A DNA stretch of 64,000 bases from the NCBI GenBank assembly GCA_026986775.1, contig JALSNX010000004.1, positions 69,622 to 133,621 of the forward strand. The letters are read 5' to 3'. This DNA comes from a candidate division WOR-3 bacterium. Its GTDB lineage: Bacteria; Hydrothermota; Hydrothermia; UBA1063; CAJXJZ01. The number at the start of each line of letters is the position of its first letter. Positions within the stretch are counted from its first letter, which is position 1. Under the pieces are notes generated by a model, which was given only the letters and a program-made list of their open reading frames with translations, did not search any database and was not told the origin of the DNA. Both the position numbers and the translations under genes were made by a program. Shown one piece after another: positions 46,401-55,846 of this stretch.

Positions 46401-49075
46401 CTCTGAAGGACCCATCAGTGTTCAGAAAGGTTGGTAACCCGTATTTTGAAAATATAAGGGTTGCAAGAATCTGGATTTCAGGGATTGAGTCAGAGGAAAC
46501 GTACTATTTTGCAAACATAGAGATTGTCGGTTCAAAATGGCATAAGATAGGAATTTTTGCACAGGATAGCACCATACCGGTTGATTCAACAGAGGGGATT
46601 GGCGTCAGAACTGTGAGTGTGAGAGAGGACCATGCCTATACTTCGCCTCCTGGTGTAGAACTTGAAAGGGACCCTATTACAGGTCAACTTGAGATAGAGA
46701 GGTCTCTTGGAATTTCCTATTCAAATCTGAAAGAGGGGCATTATGCTGTAATAAGACTTTACCCTGACAATCCAGAGGACCTGCTCGGATATAGCGTATT
46801 AAATTTATTTATAAAGCCTTCTCCTTCCACTTCGCCGCCGTATCCAGAGTTCAGAATAAGGATAGGTGACACCGTAAACTACTATGAATATCGGGTTAAG
46901 ATTACAGAACCTGACTGGCATGAGATTGATATACCTCTTGATTCTCTTACAAGGTACAAAATGCGGGTACAGGACAGTCTTGGAACTCTGTTCAGTAACG
47001 ATTCCCTATATACTGATGGCAGGTATGGTTTTAAAGGGTCTCCCAATTTAAGGGCAGTCAGGAACTATGACATTATCATTGTAAATGATACAAATACGGT
47101 GATAAATGGTGAGTTGTGGATAGATGAACTCAGGCTCAAAAATCCGCGCAATGAGACTGGTATGGCCTATTCTTTCAGGGGGCGGCTGCAATTCGGGAAC
47201 CTGTTAAATGCAAGTTACAATTTAACTCAGAAGGATGAGGCTTTTAAGAGTTTCTCACAGGCTCTCACCCGTTTTAATAACAGTTCAAGAAACATAAGCT
47301 ATCAGATTTCCTTTAAGCCCTCTTTATTTTTACCACCTGATTGGGGGGTCAGCATGAATACTAATTATTCACGTACTGTTTCACTCTCTTTACCAAGATA
47401 TAAGCCCAATACCGATATTATTCTTGATAAAAATCAGAAAGAAAAGAATAGAACACTGAACTTTTCAGAGAGATATGGTTTCCAGTATTCCAAACAGCGT
47501 TCAAAAAACGTATTTTTAAACATATTGCTTGATCCTATCACTTTTTCTGCATCAAGGTCAAAAAGCAGGGTTACTTCACCAACCGCAATAAATGAAAACC
47601 TATCAAATTCTCTGACAGCAGGGTATAACTATTCTCCCAATTTAAGTTTCAAGGTTCTTGGTCATACCATAACACCTCTTCCCACAAGGATTTCTCTGGG
47701 AGCATCTTATGCATATTCCTTTGCAGTCAACAATGACCTTTTTTCAAATGTTATAAGAAGGGATAGCAACAAAACCATTGGGTTTAACTATGGTATTGAT
47801 TTCAGACCATTTCAGTCCATACAGGCGAGGTTTTCCAGAAACATGGCACGTGATTTTTACTGGGACACATTGAATGTGGAAAAATATGGTCATTTAAGTC
47901 AGATGTCTCAGAATTTCAACATTTCCTATGGGGTAAATGTCTTCAGTGTGGCAAGGCCAAATATTTCATTTAGTTCATCATTCACCCAGCGATTTGATAA
48001 GAATCTTCAGAGTGATACACTTGACAATGTCAGCAATATCAACAACTCATCCAATCTCAGCATCCAGAGTAATTTTGATATAAGGAGAGTTATGCGGTGG
48101 ATTCTGGGAGAGGAAAAACATGAAAAGAAGGATACGCTTCTTTCACCCATGGAATATCTTGCATCTACACTGAGAAAAATTACCGGATATTTTGCCGCCC
48201 CCAGTGCAAGTTATAGCATACAGCAACAGTCAAATTACCAGTATGTGGTTGGTAATGTCAGCGATAAATACAAATTTGGACTTGATTTCAGACCCGATAT
48301 TGTTACTCTTATGGAGAACCAGTTGACTTTTGGTAAGGCTCGCACCTTTAATCTGAATGAAAATATCAATATACCCCTGGGCAATTTCCGACTTAACTAT
48401 AGCTGGAATGAAAACAGAAGTTATAATTATACTCAGGAGCAGACGACAAAACAGGTTACGTGGCCCAATATTTCATTTACTTTAAATCAGAGGTATCTGA
48501 AGCCGATTGTAGGGAAAGGTAATATAATTGCAAATCCCAGTCTGAGTATTTCTTATAATGCCAAACGTCAGACTCAGGGAATTCAGGGAGAGCCAGTAAG
48601 GAGTCTTTCCCGAAGTTTAAATCTTGTTCCTCAGACAAGTTTCAGGTTGTTAAAAAAGATAAGCTTCAACGCAAATTACAATTATAGCCTTCAGGTGGAT
48701 ACCTCACTGGTAGGTACGCCTCTTGAGACCAGCACGAGGAGAAAGGGAATAACCACCTCCATGTCATATTCTTTCAGGAGTCCCCATGGCATAAAAATTC
48801 CAGGGCTTGGCAGACTGAAAATGAAAAATGAGATGACAATTAGCTTTTCTTATTCACTGAATACCACTCAATCTGACAGAACCAATCTGGATACACTGGA
48901 GAAAACGCCAATCACCCATAATGTTACATATAATATGAACCTATCGGCGAGTTATAACTTCTCAAGGGATATAACCGGTACGTTAACTTTTTCAAGGAAC
49001 GGTAATGAGGATAAAATACATGGCAGAAAGACTGTAAATACGAATTTAAACATAAAAGCGAGTTTCAGGTTTTAA
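43490..49075 (+). CDS. sprA: SprA/Sov-like giant outer-membrane protein (type IX secretion translocon family)
   Basis: 1861 aa, N-terminal signal, Asn/Ser/Thr-rich beta-strand-rich body ending in aromatic RF. The N-terminal region resembles SprA (IQGTQFASFAGGGSKAGLFGLKGIFNFGGVEVQAVLTRE). T9SS sorting-domain cargo proteins are present in the same window. Confidence 0.6.
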   Translation: MLFFVLLQFLFAQVDSVSCKLSQFENWGLYTVGDYSDSVFMDTENGVVFFVRFYRGLPVDTYRIEPLSFYLDSIRSELLLNEYLKITPESTRAKASQSGLIPTIDVPIRFPKALSFLGEGGKLDIRGSEDILLGGQSTYMHDPSMGADTGSSFPTLNLESSMNVLLTGTVGTKLHITLDYDQKRENQNKNIVRLKYTGDEDEVVQSIEAGQTSFSIQGTQFASFAGGGSKAGLFGLKGIFNFGGVEVQAVLTRETGEASQGTFVGGARQDTLVLYDRDYLKNKFFYIDEPDSIIKIYVLVHDGSGVQYGEIYHCVAIYYDPLTRSFDSTLMEDTRFKLLEDQTDFYFYPSSKVLELKNPLDEGNIMGVAYETQDGRWVGTPFDTTMDTYTLRLIRPQRYMNNLDTLTSRVDTLKANLFKLELKNIYALNFYGVSEYEGLSIDDITLTIYKDSLGSNVWKSAENGKTYLQLLGLDNDGDGRIDPTVTVNGRIIQVFDGIRKYLIFPQPYPFMSDSLQDPDSIIYKKPELRYNEGQKYKLVFVRRARLSRVINLNQMDIVEGSEVVKYNGRILQRNRDYTIDYNMGTITLLDSSILNDPTARIEINYEYTPLFQSTSRSLYGFRAKYGDERFRIGATLLGRSETQDAKRPKIGQEPVKNMILESDFQINQDINFLEPVLRKITWNTQTRAPNLRLQGEIARSIPNLNTAGYGYIDDMDNSKTSRSVYLNYTYWKYGSRPVLSDNTYAPLDLLCDKVNWFTFTNLFTRGDIYDNLTPEESRQSATVLAIRVKPHNNDTASYASLSQLVDDRGVDVSDMEYLEVIVRGDRGKIHIDLGSYISEDAIWRDRNGNIKGWHHDSLSVIDTEDKNNDGQWIAGEEDTGLDGVYGDDDDWTSSSPDDGNDDFKGYDSRTGDWSHVNGTEHNGIFDTEELKVDGVLDTTNDYFEYVIDLSDTNSPYLKSINERGFRHYLIPLKDPSVFRKVGNPYFENIRVARIWISGIESEETYYFANIEIVGSKWHKIGIFAQDSTIPVDSTEGIGVRTVSVREDHAYTSPPGVELERDPITGQLEIERSLGISYSNLKEGHYAVIRLYPDNPEDLLGYSVLNLFIKPSPSTSPPYPEFRIRIGDTVNYYEYRVKITEPDWHEIDIPLDSLTRYKMRVQDSLGTLFSNDSLYTDGRYGFKGSPNLRAVRNYDIIIVNDTNTVINGELWIDELRLKNPRNETGMAYSFRGRLQFGNLLNASYNLTQKDEAFKSFSQALTRFNNSSRNISYQISFKPSLFLPPDWGVSMNTNYSRTVSLSLPRYKPNTDIILDKNQKEKNRTLNFSERYGFQYSKQRSKNVFLNILLDPITFSASRSKSRVTSPTAINENLSNSLTAGYNYSPNLSFKVLGHTITPLPTRISLGASYAYSFAVNNDLFSNVIRRDSNKTIGFNYGIDFRPFQSIQARFSRNMARDFYWDTLNVEKYGHLSQMSQNFNISYGVNVFSVARPNISFSSSFTQRFDKNLQSDTLDNVSNINNSSNLSIQSNFDIRRVMRWILGEEKHEKKDTLLSPMEYLASTLRKITGYFAAPSASYSIQQQSNYQYVVGNVSDKYKFGLDFRPDIVTLMENQLTFGKARTFNLNENINIPLGNFRLNYSWNENRSYNYTQEQTTKQVTWPNISFTLNQRYLKPIVGKGNIIANPSLSISYNAKRQTQGIQGEPVRSLSRSLNLVPQTSFRLLKKISFNANYNYSLQVDTSLVGTPLETSTRRKGITTSMSYSFRSPHGIKIPGLGRLKMKNEMTISFSYSLNTTQSDRTNLDTLEKTPITHNVTYNMNLSASYNFSRDITGTLTFSRNGNEDKIHGRKTVNTNLNIKASFRF

Positions 49076-49076
49076 G

Positions 49077-49469
49077 ATGCTTTACAGAGTTCAGAAAGAA
49101 GTTCTTGTGTTGTTCTTTCTTATTCTCATTGCATACCCATCTTACAGGGCTTACAGAATCTACAGGGAACAGGTAAAGCGCGCCGTGCAGAGTACAGAGG
49201 CAATTTCAAAGGGTATTATAAGCGGGTTTCTAAAAGACACTGTAGCAAGTGGCGAAAATGAACCCCGGGATACTTTCAGATTTAACCTCAATGAGGTTTC
49301 ATGGGAGGCGCTTACTTTAATCCCTGGAATAGGTGAGAACACTGCAAAAAAGATTATAACATACAGATTCAGGAATGGAAAATTTCGCAGTGTAGAGGAT
49401 ATTATGAGGATTAAGGGAATTGGCAAAAAGACCTATGAAAAATTAAAACCCTATGTGTATGTGAAATGA
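49077..49469 (+). CDS. comEA: ComEA-like helix-hairpin-helix DNA-binding protein
   Basis: N-terminal anchor, then tandem helix-hairpin-helix motifs (LTLIPGIGENTAKKIITYR, IMRIKGIGKKTYEKLKPYV). Confidence 0.8.
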   Translation: MLYRVQKEVLVLFFLILIAYPSYRAYRIYREQVKRAVQSTEAISKGIISGFLKDTVASGENEPRDTFRFNLNEVSWEALTLIPGIGENTAKKIITYRFRNGKFRSVEDIMRIKGIGKKTYEKLKPYVYVK

Positions 49470-52400
49470 CTATAAACCATATTTTTCTGCGCTCATTATG
49501 ATGGATTTTAGTTTGTCATCTGCCCCGATGTTCTGAAGTTTTTCTATGAGTTTTTGATAGTATTTTCTTGCTTTTTCTTTTTCTTCATTTTCAGCGAGCA
49601 CTTTAAAAACACGTTCAAGAAAAACTATCTTCTGGTCTTCTGGTAATTTGTCTTCCATGTCTTTCAAGATGTTGAGGTAATATTCGGCCTTTTTATCCTT
49701 TCCTGCTTTTTTCATGACGTTGTATATGCCTGCGTAAATATAAATATGCCATTCAAGTGTATCCATTTTCCTTGCGGTTCTGTAGGTATGTCTTAATATT
49801 GTCAGTGCTTCCTTTAAGAGGCAGTTGTTGATAAAACTGTATGCAGCGCTTATAGCACCGTAGTTCTTTATTGCCCCATCTTCCATGTTTTTTAAGAGGT
49901 GCAGGAGTTCCCCGCTCCAGTAAAGTGCCTCCTTGCAGTTGTCCGTGAGGTTTGCATACTCAATTTCGTTTATGTAGGTAAGTACACGCGTCTCGTTTTC
50001 GGTGGAGGTACCCGTAAATGCATGGATTCTGTTGAGTACTCTGCGCACGTATGAAAGAGGAATTTTACCTGTTTCAATCATTCCTGACTCAATTAGCATC
50101 TCCAGCATATTGTTCATGTGGAATGCGGCACTGTCAAATACTCCCATTGATGTGAGAATACTTATTGCCTCTTCAAAACACTCACGGGCCTTGTTGTATT
50201 CGTATTTATCCCAGTAAACAAGTGCTATATTTCCCAGAAGGGTTGCAAGAGAGTGAGGAATACCCCGTTTCTTCGCATTTTCTATGGCCATGTTGAATGC
50301 TTTTAAAGATTCATCGTATTTTCCGATGCTTCTCAGAGAAAGTGCAAGGGTATTTAGTGCACCAAATGGTACTTTTTCCTGTTTCTCGTAGAACTCTATT
50401 ACCTTTCTGGCAATGTCTATTGCTTTTTCATACTGGCCTTTTGAATAGTACAGGGTGGCAAGATAGTGAAGGATGCGATGGTATTCCTGAGGGTCTCTGT
50501 CTTTGAGATGAAGAAGTACCTTATCAAGCAGGTTCTGGGCTTCTGTGTATCTTCCCATGACCATCAAAAGCCATGCCTTGTCTGATTGAAGCCTGTAGTA
50601 AAGCAGGTTATCCTTTGTGTTGATACTGTCAAGTATTTCAATGGCTCCCTTAATATTACCTTTTCTTTCTTCAATTTCAGATAAGAGCTGAAGCGCTCTG
50701 GGGGTCCTGCCATACTTTTCCATATACTTTTCAAGCGTAAGTCTGGCTTTTTCATTGCTTTCAGTTTCCATTTTGAGCTCCACAAGTCTCAATAGATTTT
50801 GTGGATCTTCTTCTATACTTAGAATTTTTTCCAGAAAGTCCCTTGCAAGTTTGAGGGACTTAACTTTTTCGGCTCTTTCGTAGGCCAGCTTCAAATATTT
50901 TAAGGCCTTTTTCTTTTCGCCACCTTCAAAGTAGTGATAGGCTATTTTTTCTATATACTCGTTGTTCTCTGGAAGAATATGCTCAAGTATTGAGGCCAGA
51001 CGCCTGTGAATGGCCATTTTCTTTGCAGATGTCATCCCCTTTATGATTATATTTCTTATAGCAGCGGCAGATAGGTAATACAGAGATTTCTTTGTGGAAA
51101 CGAGTTTGAGATACTCCATTTTGTCAAGATTAAAAAGAATTTCCCCTTCGTCTATTCCAGTTAATATGGACAGTGTACGCACGTCAATGGGTGCATCCCA
51201 CAGGGCCATAATCTCCATGAGTCTTATAGCTGTCTTTGAAAGCTCACGTATCTTTCTTAGAACCACATCCTCAAGACTCCCACTCACAAGTACTTTATCA
51301 GGTTCATTAAACTGCCATTCTCCGTCAATTACCTTGAGGTATCCCTGTTCAAAGAGTTCCCTTAAAGTCTCTTCCATGAAAAAGGGATTGCCACCTGTGT
51401 GTTTCATTATGTATCTGAGCAGTTTTGAGGGATATTTAGTTCCAAGGATAATTTTCAAAAGGTCCTTTGTGTCATCTTCTGAGAGTGGCGGAACTTCAAG
51501 TCTATTAAGGTGAGAAAGTTTGTTGAGAACGTCTAAAAAATTAGAAAGTGCTTCAGAGTTCTCCTCTATGCGCTTAATAAAGACACCTTTGAATAGTGGT
51601 TCCCTTTCCGTAATATAAAGGAGTAACCTTAAACTTTCGGGGGAGGCCCACTGGATATCATCAAGAAATAGCACAAATGGCTCTCCTTTAAAATATTTTG
51701 AATAGAAAAGCCTGAGTCCCTCAAAAAGGCTATATTCGTTTTCTACAGCAGGAGTCTCTCTTGGTGCTACATATGGTAATATAGAGTATACCGCATTCCG
51801 TGCGAAGTCTTCAATCTCTGAGAGTGTGCTCTGAAATCTTGTGCGATCACTTCTATAGAGTTGTTTCAGACTCTCTTTTATTTCAAAATACGGTATGTTC
51901 ATTCCAAATACGGAAGCATAGGCTTTTATTACATTTGAAAGAGTTTTAAGGGATTCTTCAACCAGTCGGGTTTTACCAACACCAACAGGCCCTTCAATCA
52001 AAATGATTTTACTGTGTTTTGATGTGTAAAGTTCTCTGAGTTTGTTAAGTACCTCTTTCCTTCCAATGAAGTCTTTCGCAGGGATTACAGGCTTTAAGTT
52101 AATGTCTCCACTGTAAAATGAAAATCTGCCTTTGCCGCTACGTTTTGCATCATACAGTGCCTGGTCAGCCTTTCTCAAGAGTTCTTTAAGACTCTTTCCA
52201 TCCTCGGGATATCCTGATATACCTATGCTGACTCCAACTCCCAATTCCTGCATTACGGCTGAATCCGCAACACCACTTATTATTCTTTCAGCCACATAAT
52301 GAGCCATTTCTTTGGGGGTATCTGTAAGTACAAGTATAAATTCATCACCACCATAGCGTGCCACAATATCCGAGCTTCGTATACTTTGTTGAAGAAGTTT

Positions 52401-52610
52401 TGCAAAATAAACGAGTATTTCATCGCCTTTCAGGTGGCCGTAAGCGTCGTTCACATTCTTGAAGTTGTCAAGGTCGCATATCAAAAGGGAGAGATGTCCA
52501 CCATACCGTTTTTTTCTCTGAAGTTCAAAGTCAATGAATTCCTTGAGAAAATATCTGTTATAAACTCCAGTCAGTGTATCTTTATTGTGAGCAGCAACTA
52601 TTTCTTCCAT
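49470..52610 (-). CDS. N-terminal GGDEF diguanylate cyclase fused to STAND (AAA_16) NTPase and C-terminal TPR array
   Basis: GGDEF domain at residues 1-165 with DTLTGVYNRYF, an intact RYGGDEF motif and an RxxD feedback-inhibition site (I-site; RSSD). P-loop EGPVGVGKTRL and Walker B LFLDDIQWASPESL. About 650 aa of TPR-like helical repeats to the end. Confidence 0.85.
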   Translation of the reverse strand: MEEIVAAHNKDTLTGVYNRYFLKEFIDFELQRKKRYGGHLSLLICDLDNFKNVNDAYGHLKGDEILVYFAKLLQQSIRSSDIVARYGGDEFILVLTDTPKEMAHYVAERIISGVADSAVMQELGVGVSIGISGYPEDGKSLKELLRKADQALYDAKRSGKGRFSFYSGDINLKPVIPAKDFIGRKEVLNKLRELYTSKHSKIILIEGPVGVGKTRLVEESLKTLSNVIKAYASVFGMNIPYFEIKESLKQLYRSDRTRFQSTLSEIEDFARNAVYSILPYVAPRETPAVENEYSLFEGLRLFYSKYFKGEPFVLFLDDIQWASPESLRLLLYITEREPLFKGVFIKRIEENSEALSNFLDVLNKLSHLNRLEVPPLSEDDTKDLLKIILGTKYPSKLLRYIMKHTGGNPFFMEETLRELFEQGYLKVIDGEWQFNEPDKVLVSGSLEDVVLRKIRELSKTAIRLMEIMALWDAPIDVRTLSILTGIDEGEILFNLDKMEYLKLVSTKKSLYYLSAAAIRNIIIKGMTSAKKMAIHRRLASILEHILPENNEYIEKIAYHYFEGGEKKKALKYLKLAYERAEKVKSLKLARDFLEKILSIEEDPQNLLRLVELKMETESNEKARLTLEKYMEKYGRTPRALQLLSEIEERKGNIKGAIEILDSINTKDNLLYYRLQSDKAWLLMVMGRYTEAQNLLDKVLLHLKDRDPQEYHRILHYLATLYYSKGQYEKAIDIARKVIEFYEKQEKVPFGALNTLALSLRSIGKYDESLKAFNMAIENAKKRGIPHSLATLLGNIALVYWDKYEYNKARECFEEAISILTSMGVFDSAAFHMNNMLEMLIESGMIETGKIPLSYVRRVLNRIHAFTGTSTENETRVLTYINEIEYANLTDNCKEALYWSGELLHLLKNMEDGAIKNYGAISAAYSFINNCLLKEALTILRHTYRTARKMDTLEWHIYIYAGIYNVMKKAGKDKKAEYYLNILKDMEDKLPEDQKIVFLERVFKVLAENEEKEKARKYYQKLIEKLQNIGADDKLKSIIMSAEKYGL

Positions 52611-52656
52611 ATTTTGAATTTTATTATAAGATTTTTTGCCCGTGCTTCCAAGATTT

Positions 52657-53994
52657 TTACTTTTTGATAATCAAAATAAGAGTATTATCGGATTTTTGGT
52701 TGAGTTTGAGAAAGTATATTCCGCTGTGCAGGGTTTTGGGGTGAATATTCTTTCCTTCTGCAACTTTCCTTCCAAAAACATCGTAAAGTTCACAAAAACT
52801 GCAGTCTGAATGCAATTTGTAATCCGATGACCATATGATTGTTCTTGTAGGCTTTTTACCTGCTGAGTAATACCTTTCAGTTATATTGAGAAATGTTATA
52901 TCCTGTGAATCACGCGGTTCTATTTTGAAAAAACCATAGGTGAACGTTATGACGCCCAGAATAGAGTAATGTCCACCCACCACGGGTGTATAACTTACAC
53001 CCATATCGTCAACATGAAGAAATGTATCCTTCGTAGTGGATCTGAACCGGTAATTTATTTCCCATTCTCCGTATCCGAGGCTGTCATCAATGCATTCTGC
53101 ATCAGTGAGCATTACATATACACCTTCGTGGTCTTCAGTTATGGTATCAAGTGGTGTGAGTTGTATGGGGTCAGGAAGTGGATGTCCGCTCTCAAGTATT
53201 TCTATACCGAAAATGTTTTTCAGTTGAGTGTTTCCAAAATACTCTGCTACGGTTCCTTTGACAATCAGGCTATCTCCAACGTGAACAACCGGAGAAGATG
53301 CAGTTCCTCTGTAAACATACAGCCCCTTTCTAAGTCCTCCAGGATACTCCTCTATAAAGAAGTTATTGCCGAATACCGCTGTCACAATACCAGAGGTTTT
53401 AACCATGGAATCAACAAAAGGGGATGAAGTAGTAAATCCCTGAATTTCTGATATGGAATGATATGGTGGCTCTGGAGCAGGCCCTAAATCTACAAGAGAT
53501 AGACTGTCAACCCATATAACAGCACTATCCCCTGATGTCCAGGTACCCTCATCATAAAGTCGTATTTCCACGTGAAGTGTTTCTGCGTTTTGTGGACATA
53601 TAAACGTATCTGTTTGTAAAAGTTCCCAGTCGGGATAATCGTCATCAGAGTATGAGGTGTAGAAGGATGCTACCTGTTCCCCGGCTCCATCAAAAAATCT
53701 TAAATATCCTCTGATTTTCCCCATACTGTCATTATCAAGCACGTGGAGTTTGTAAATATACATATTCCCGGGAGTAATTGGATATACAAACTGAGTGAGT
53801 TTCTGGGTAGATGTTGACCTCAACACGAATTTAGCAGAGTAATTCCCTGAGTATATAGTCTGGGAGTCCTGATATATCTCGTATTCAGAGGTTTCTTTTG
53901 TCCAGTAGTCAGGTAGATAATTTGTCCAGTTTTCAAGGTCACCATTTTGAAGTAGTTCAGTCTGAGTTACAAAAAACATGACAAATAAAAACAT
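52657..53994 (-). CDS. secreted protein with N-terminal binding-like domain and T9SS C-terminal sorting domain
   Basis: Signal peptide; the C-terminal 80 aa (KTLHSGIYFLKLNQKSDNTLILIIKK) are typical of a T9SS sorting domain. Confidence 0.7.
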   Translation of the reverse strand: MFLFVMFFVTQTELLQNGDLENWTNYLPDYWTKETSEYEIYQDSQTIYSGNYSAKFVLRSTSTQKLTQFVYPITPGNMYIYKLHVLDNDSMGKIRGYLRFFDGAGEQVASFYTSYSDDDYPDWELLQTDTFICPQNAETLHVEIRLYDEGTWTSGDSAVIWVDSLSLVDLGPAPEPPYHSISEIQGFTTSSPFVDSMVKTSGIVTAVFGNNFFIEEYPGGLRKGLYVYRGTASSPVVHVGDSLIVKGTVAEYFGNTQLKNIFGIEILESGHPLPDPIQLTPLDTITEDHEGVYVMLTDAECIDDSLGYGEWEINYRFRSTTKDTFLHVDDMGVSYTPVVGGHYSILGVITFTYGFFKIEPRDSQDITFLNITERYYSAGKKPTRTIIWSSDYKLHSDCSFCELYDVFGRKVAEGKNIHPKTLHSGIYFLKLNQKSDNTLILIIKK

Positions 53995-54142
53995 CCTGAC
54001 CTCCTTTTCAATGTTACCACCCCACGACTTTGTAAAGCAGAGTCATGGGAACCAGATGTATAGCTAATTAGAATATAACGTAGTTCTGTCGTATAAAAAA
54101 GTTTTTGTCACGACATAGATACTGTATATTATTTATGTCATT

Positions 54143-55846
54143 ATGAGGAGAACATTTGTTTATGTGGTAGTGGGGATTTTGTTATTCACATATGCATATA
54201 CGGTTCTGCTTGTGCGTAACAATACCAGAAGTATAATAGAAAAGGATATGCAGAGCGTATCGGGCATTCTTTATGCTGCAAATATTGTACTTCTGGATGT
54301 TGAGCAGAGCATTGAGGAAAAATATGCTGACATGCTCTATCAAGCAGCTATTGAAATAGCGAATAGTGGTAAGATGAATCTTAGTGGGCTGGATGTTGCT
54401 TTTTTTGTGAAAAATGACAGGGTACATACTTTGCAGGGCAGACGGTTTGTTCACGCGATAAAAGCCTGTATTGATACAGTAAATGACCTGCCGGTTGCAT
54501 TGAACTGTGGAAGTTTTTATGTTTATGCGTATTCCGGGGGTGAGAGAGTGGCTGTAGTGGGAGTATTGAGAAAAAGGGTAGAAGATGAGAAAGCTGAAGT
54601 AGGACTTGACAGGTTTTTTAATGAGCTATCACGGGTTGGACTTTTTTTCTATGTTGCCCTTGAGGATATGAATAAAGTGGCATATTCAACAGTGGATGAG
54701 AGGTATCTCAGTTTAATGAAAGAAGATAGCACCCTACTTGATGTGTATGTTGAGGGAAAAGAGAAAACAAGAATTATAGAATTCCTCGGTAAAAAGGTTC
54801 TTGAGACAATAATGCCGTTTTCTTATGGGAGTTTCAGGGGGATAATGCGTGTTGGTATGGATGCCTCGGAATATATTACTATGGAAAAGCGTATGCTCAT
54901 TGAAATTACAGTTCTATACTTCGTTCTACTTTTAACGCTTATCTTTGCTTACATGTATCTTGAAAAGGCCAGAAAGGCACAGACAGGCTACAGAAATATT
55001 AGAAAAGCGCTTGAAAAAGCCTCTGTACCTGTTGTGGTAAAGCGGGGTGATAAATTGATTACTCTTTCTGGTAAAAGAAGTTTTGAAGAAGCCGTAAAAG
55101 CAGGAGTACATAAAGACGGTGAGGTGTTTATTGAGGGCAGGAGGTATCTCGTAGAAAGAATAGATACCGATGATGAGACATATTTCCTGTTCATATCCAT
55201 GGAGAAGGAGGATATGAAGAGAAAAATAATGGAATATGAGGCTTTGGGCAGGCTTATTGGAGAGGTGGCACATGAAATAAAAAACCCATTAAACGGTATA
55301 GCCCTTCTTGTTCAAACACTTGATATGGAAATGCCAAAGAATGAATACAGGGATATAATGGAACAGGTCAAAAGAATAGAGGAAAGCCTTAATCGTTTTG
55401 TTGCGCTTATTGCTCCCCTGCGTCTTTCAAAAGAGTGTATTTCTCAAAGAGAGATTATTCAAGAAGCCATGGGAGTCCTGGGGTTATTTAATAATGAGAA
55501 GGTAAAGATAGTGGGTGATGTTAGGCTTTTATGCGACAAAAGCAAGATGAAAGAGGTTTATGTGAATCTTTTAAAAAACGCCCGGGAAGCGCAGGATAAA
55601 GGTGATGGCAAAATAGACATAGAGATACAGAAAAACAGCATAGTTTTCAGAAACAGGGGCAACATCCCGAAAGATGTTATTGATAAAATATTTGAGCCGT
55701 TTTTCACCACAAAGGATAAGGGAAGTGGAGTTGGGCTGTATTATGTTAAAAAAATCGTAGAGTCTCATGGATGGCGAATTGGTGTTAGGAATGTAAATGG
55801 TGAGGTGGAGGTACAAATTGAATTTACTGAAGATTCTCGTTGTTGA
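54143..55846 (+). CDS. sensor histidine kinase (NtrB/ZraS-like) with two TM segments and an extracytoplasmic sensor domain
   Basis: H-box EVAHEIKNPLNGI, N/G boxes (NLLKNAREA, GSGVGLYYVKKIVESHGW); TM helices at the N-terminus and about residue 250. Confidence 0.85.
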   Translation: MRRTFVYVVVGILLFTYAYTVLLVRNNTRSIIEKDMQSVSGILYAANIVLLDVEQSIEEKYADMLYQAAIEIANSGKMNLSGLDVAFFVKNDRVHTLQGRRFVHAIKACIDTVNDLPVALNCGSFYVYAYSGGERVAVVGVLRKRVEDEKAEVGLDRFFNELSRVGLFFYVALEDMNKVAYSTVDERYLSLMKEDSTLLDVYVEGKEKTRIIEFLGKKVLETIMPFSYGSFRGIMRVGMDASEYITMEKRMLIEITVLYFVLLLTLIFAYMYLEKARKAQTGYRNIRKALEKASVPVVVKRGDKLITLSGKRSFEEAVKAGVHKDGEVFIEGRRYLVERIDTDDETYFLFISMEKEDMKRKIMEYEALGRLIGEVAHEIKNPLNGIALLVQTLDMEMPKNEYRDIMEQVKRIEESLNRFVALIAPLRLSKECISQREIIQEAMGVLGLFNNEKVKIVGDVRLLCDKSKMKEVYVNLLKNAREAQDKGDGKIDIEIQKNSIVFRNRGNIPKDVIDKIFEPFFTTKDKGSGVGLYYVKKIVESHGWRIGVRNVNGEVEVQIEFTEDSRC

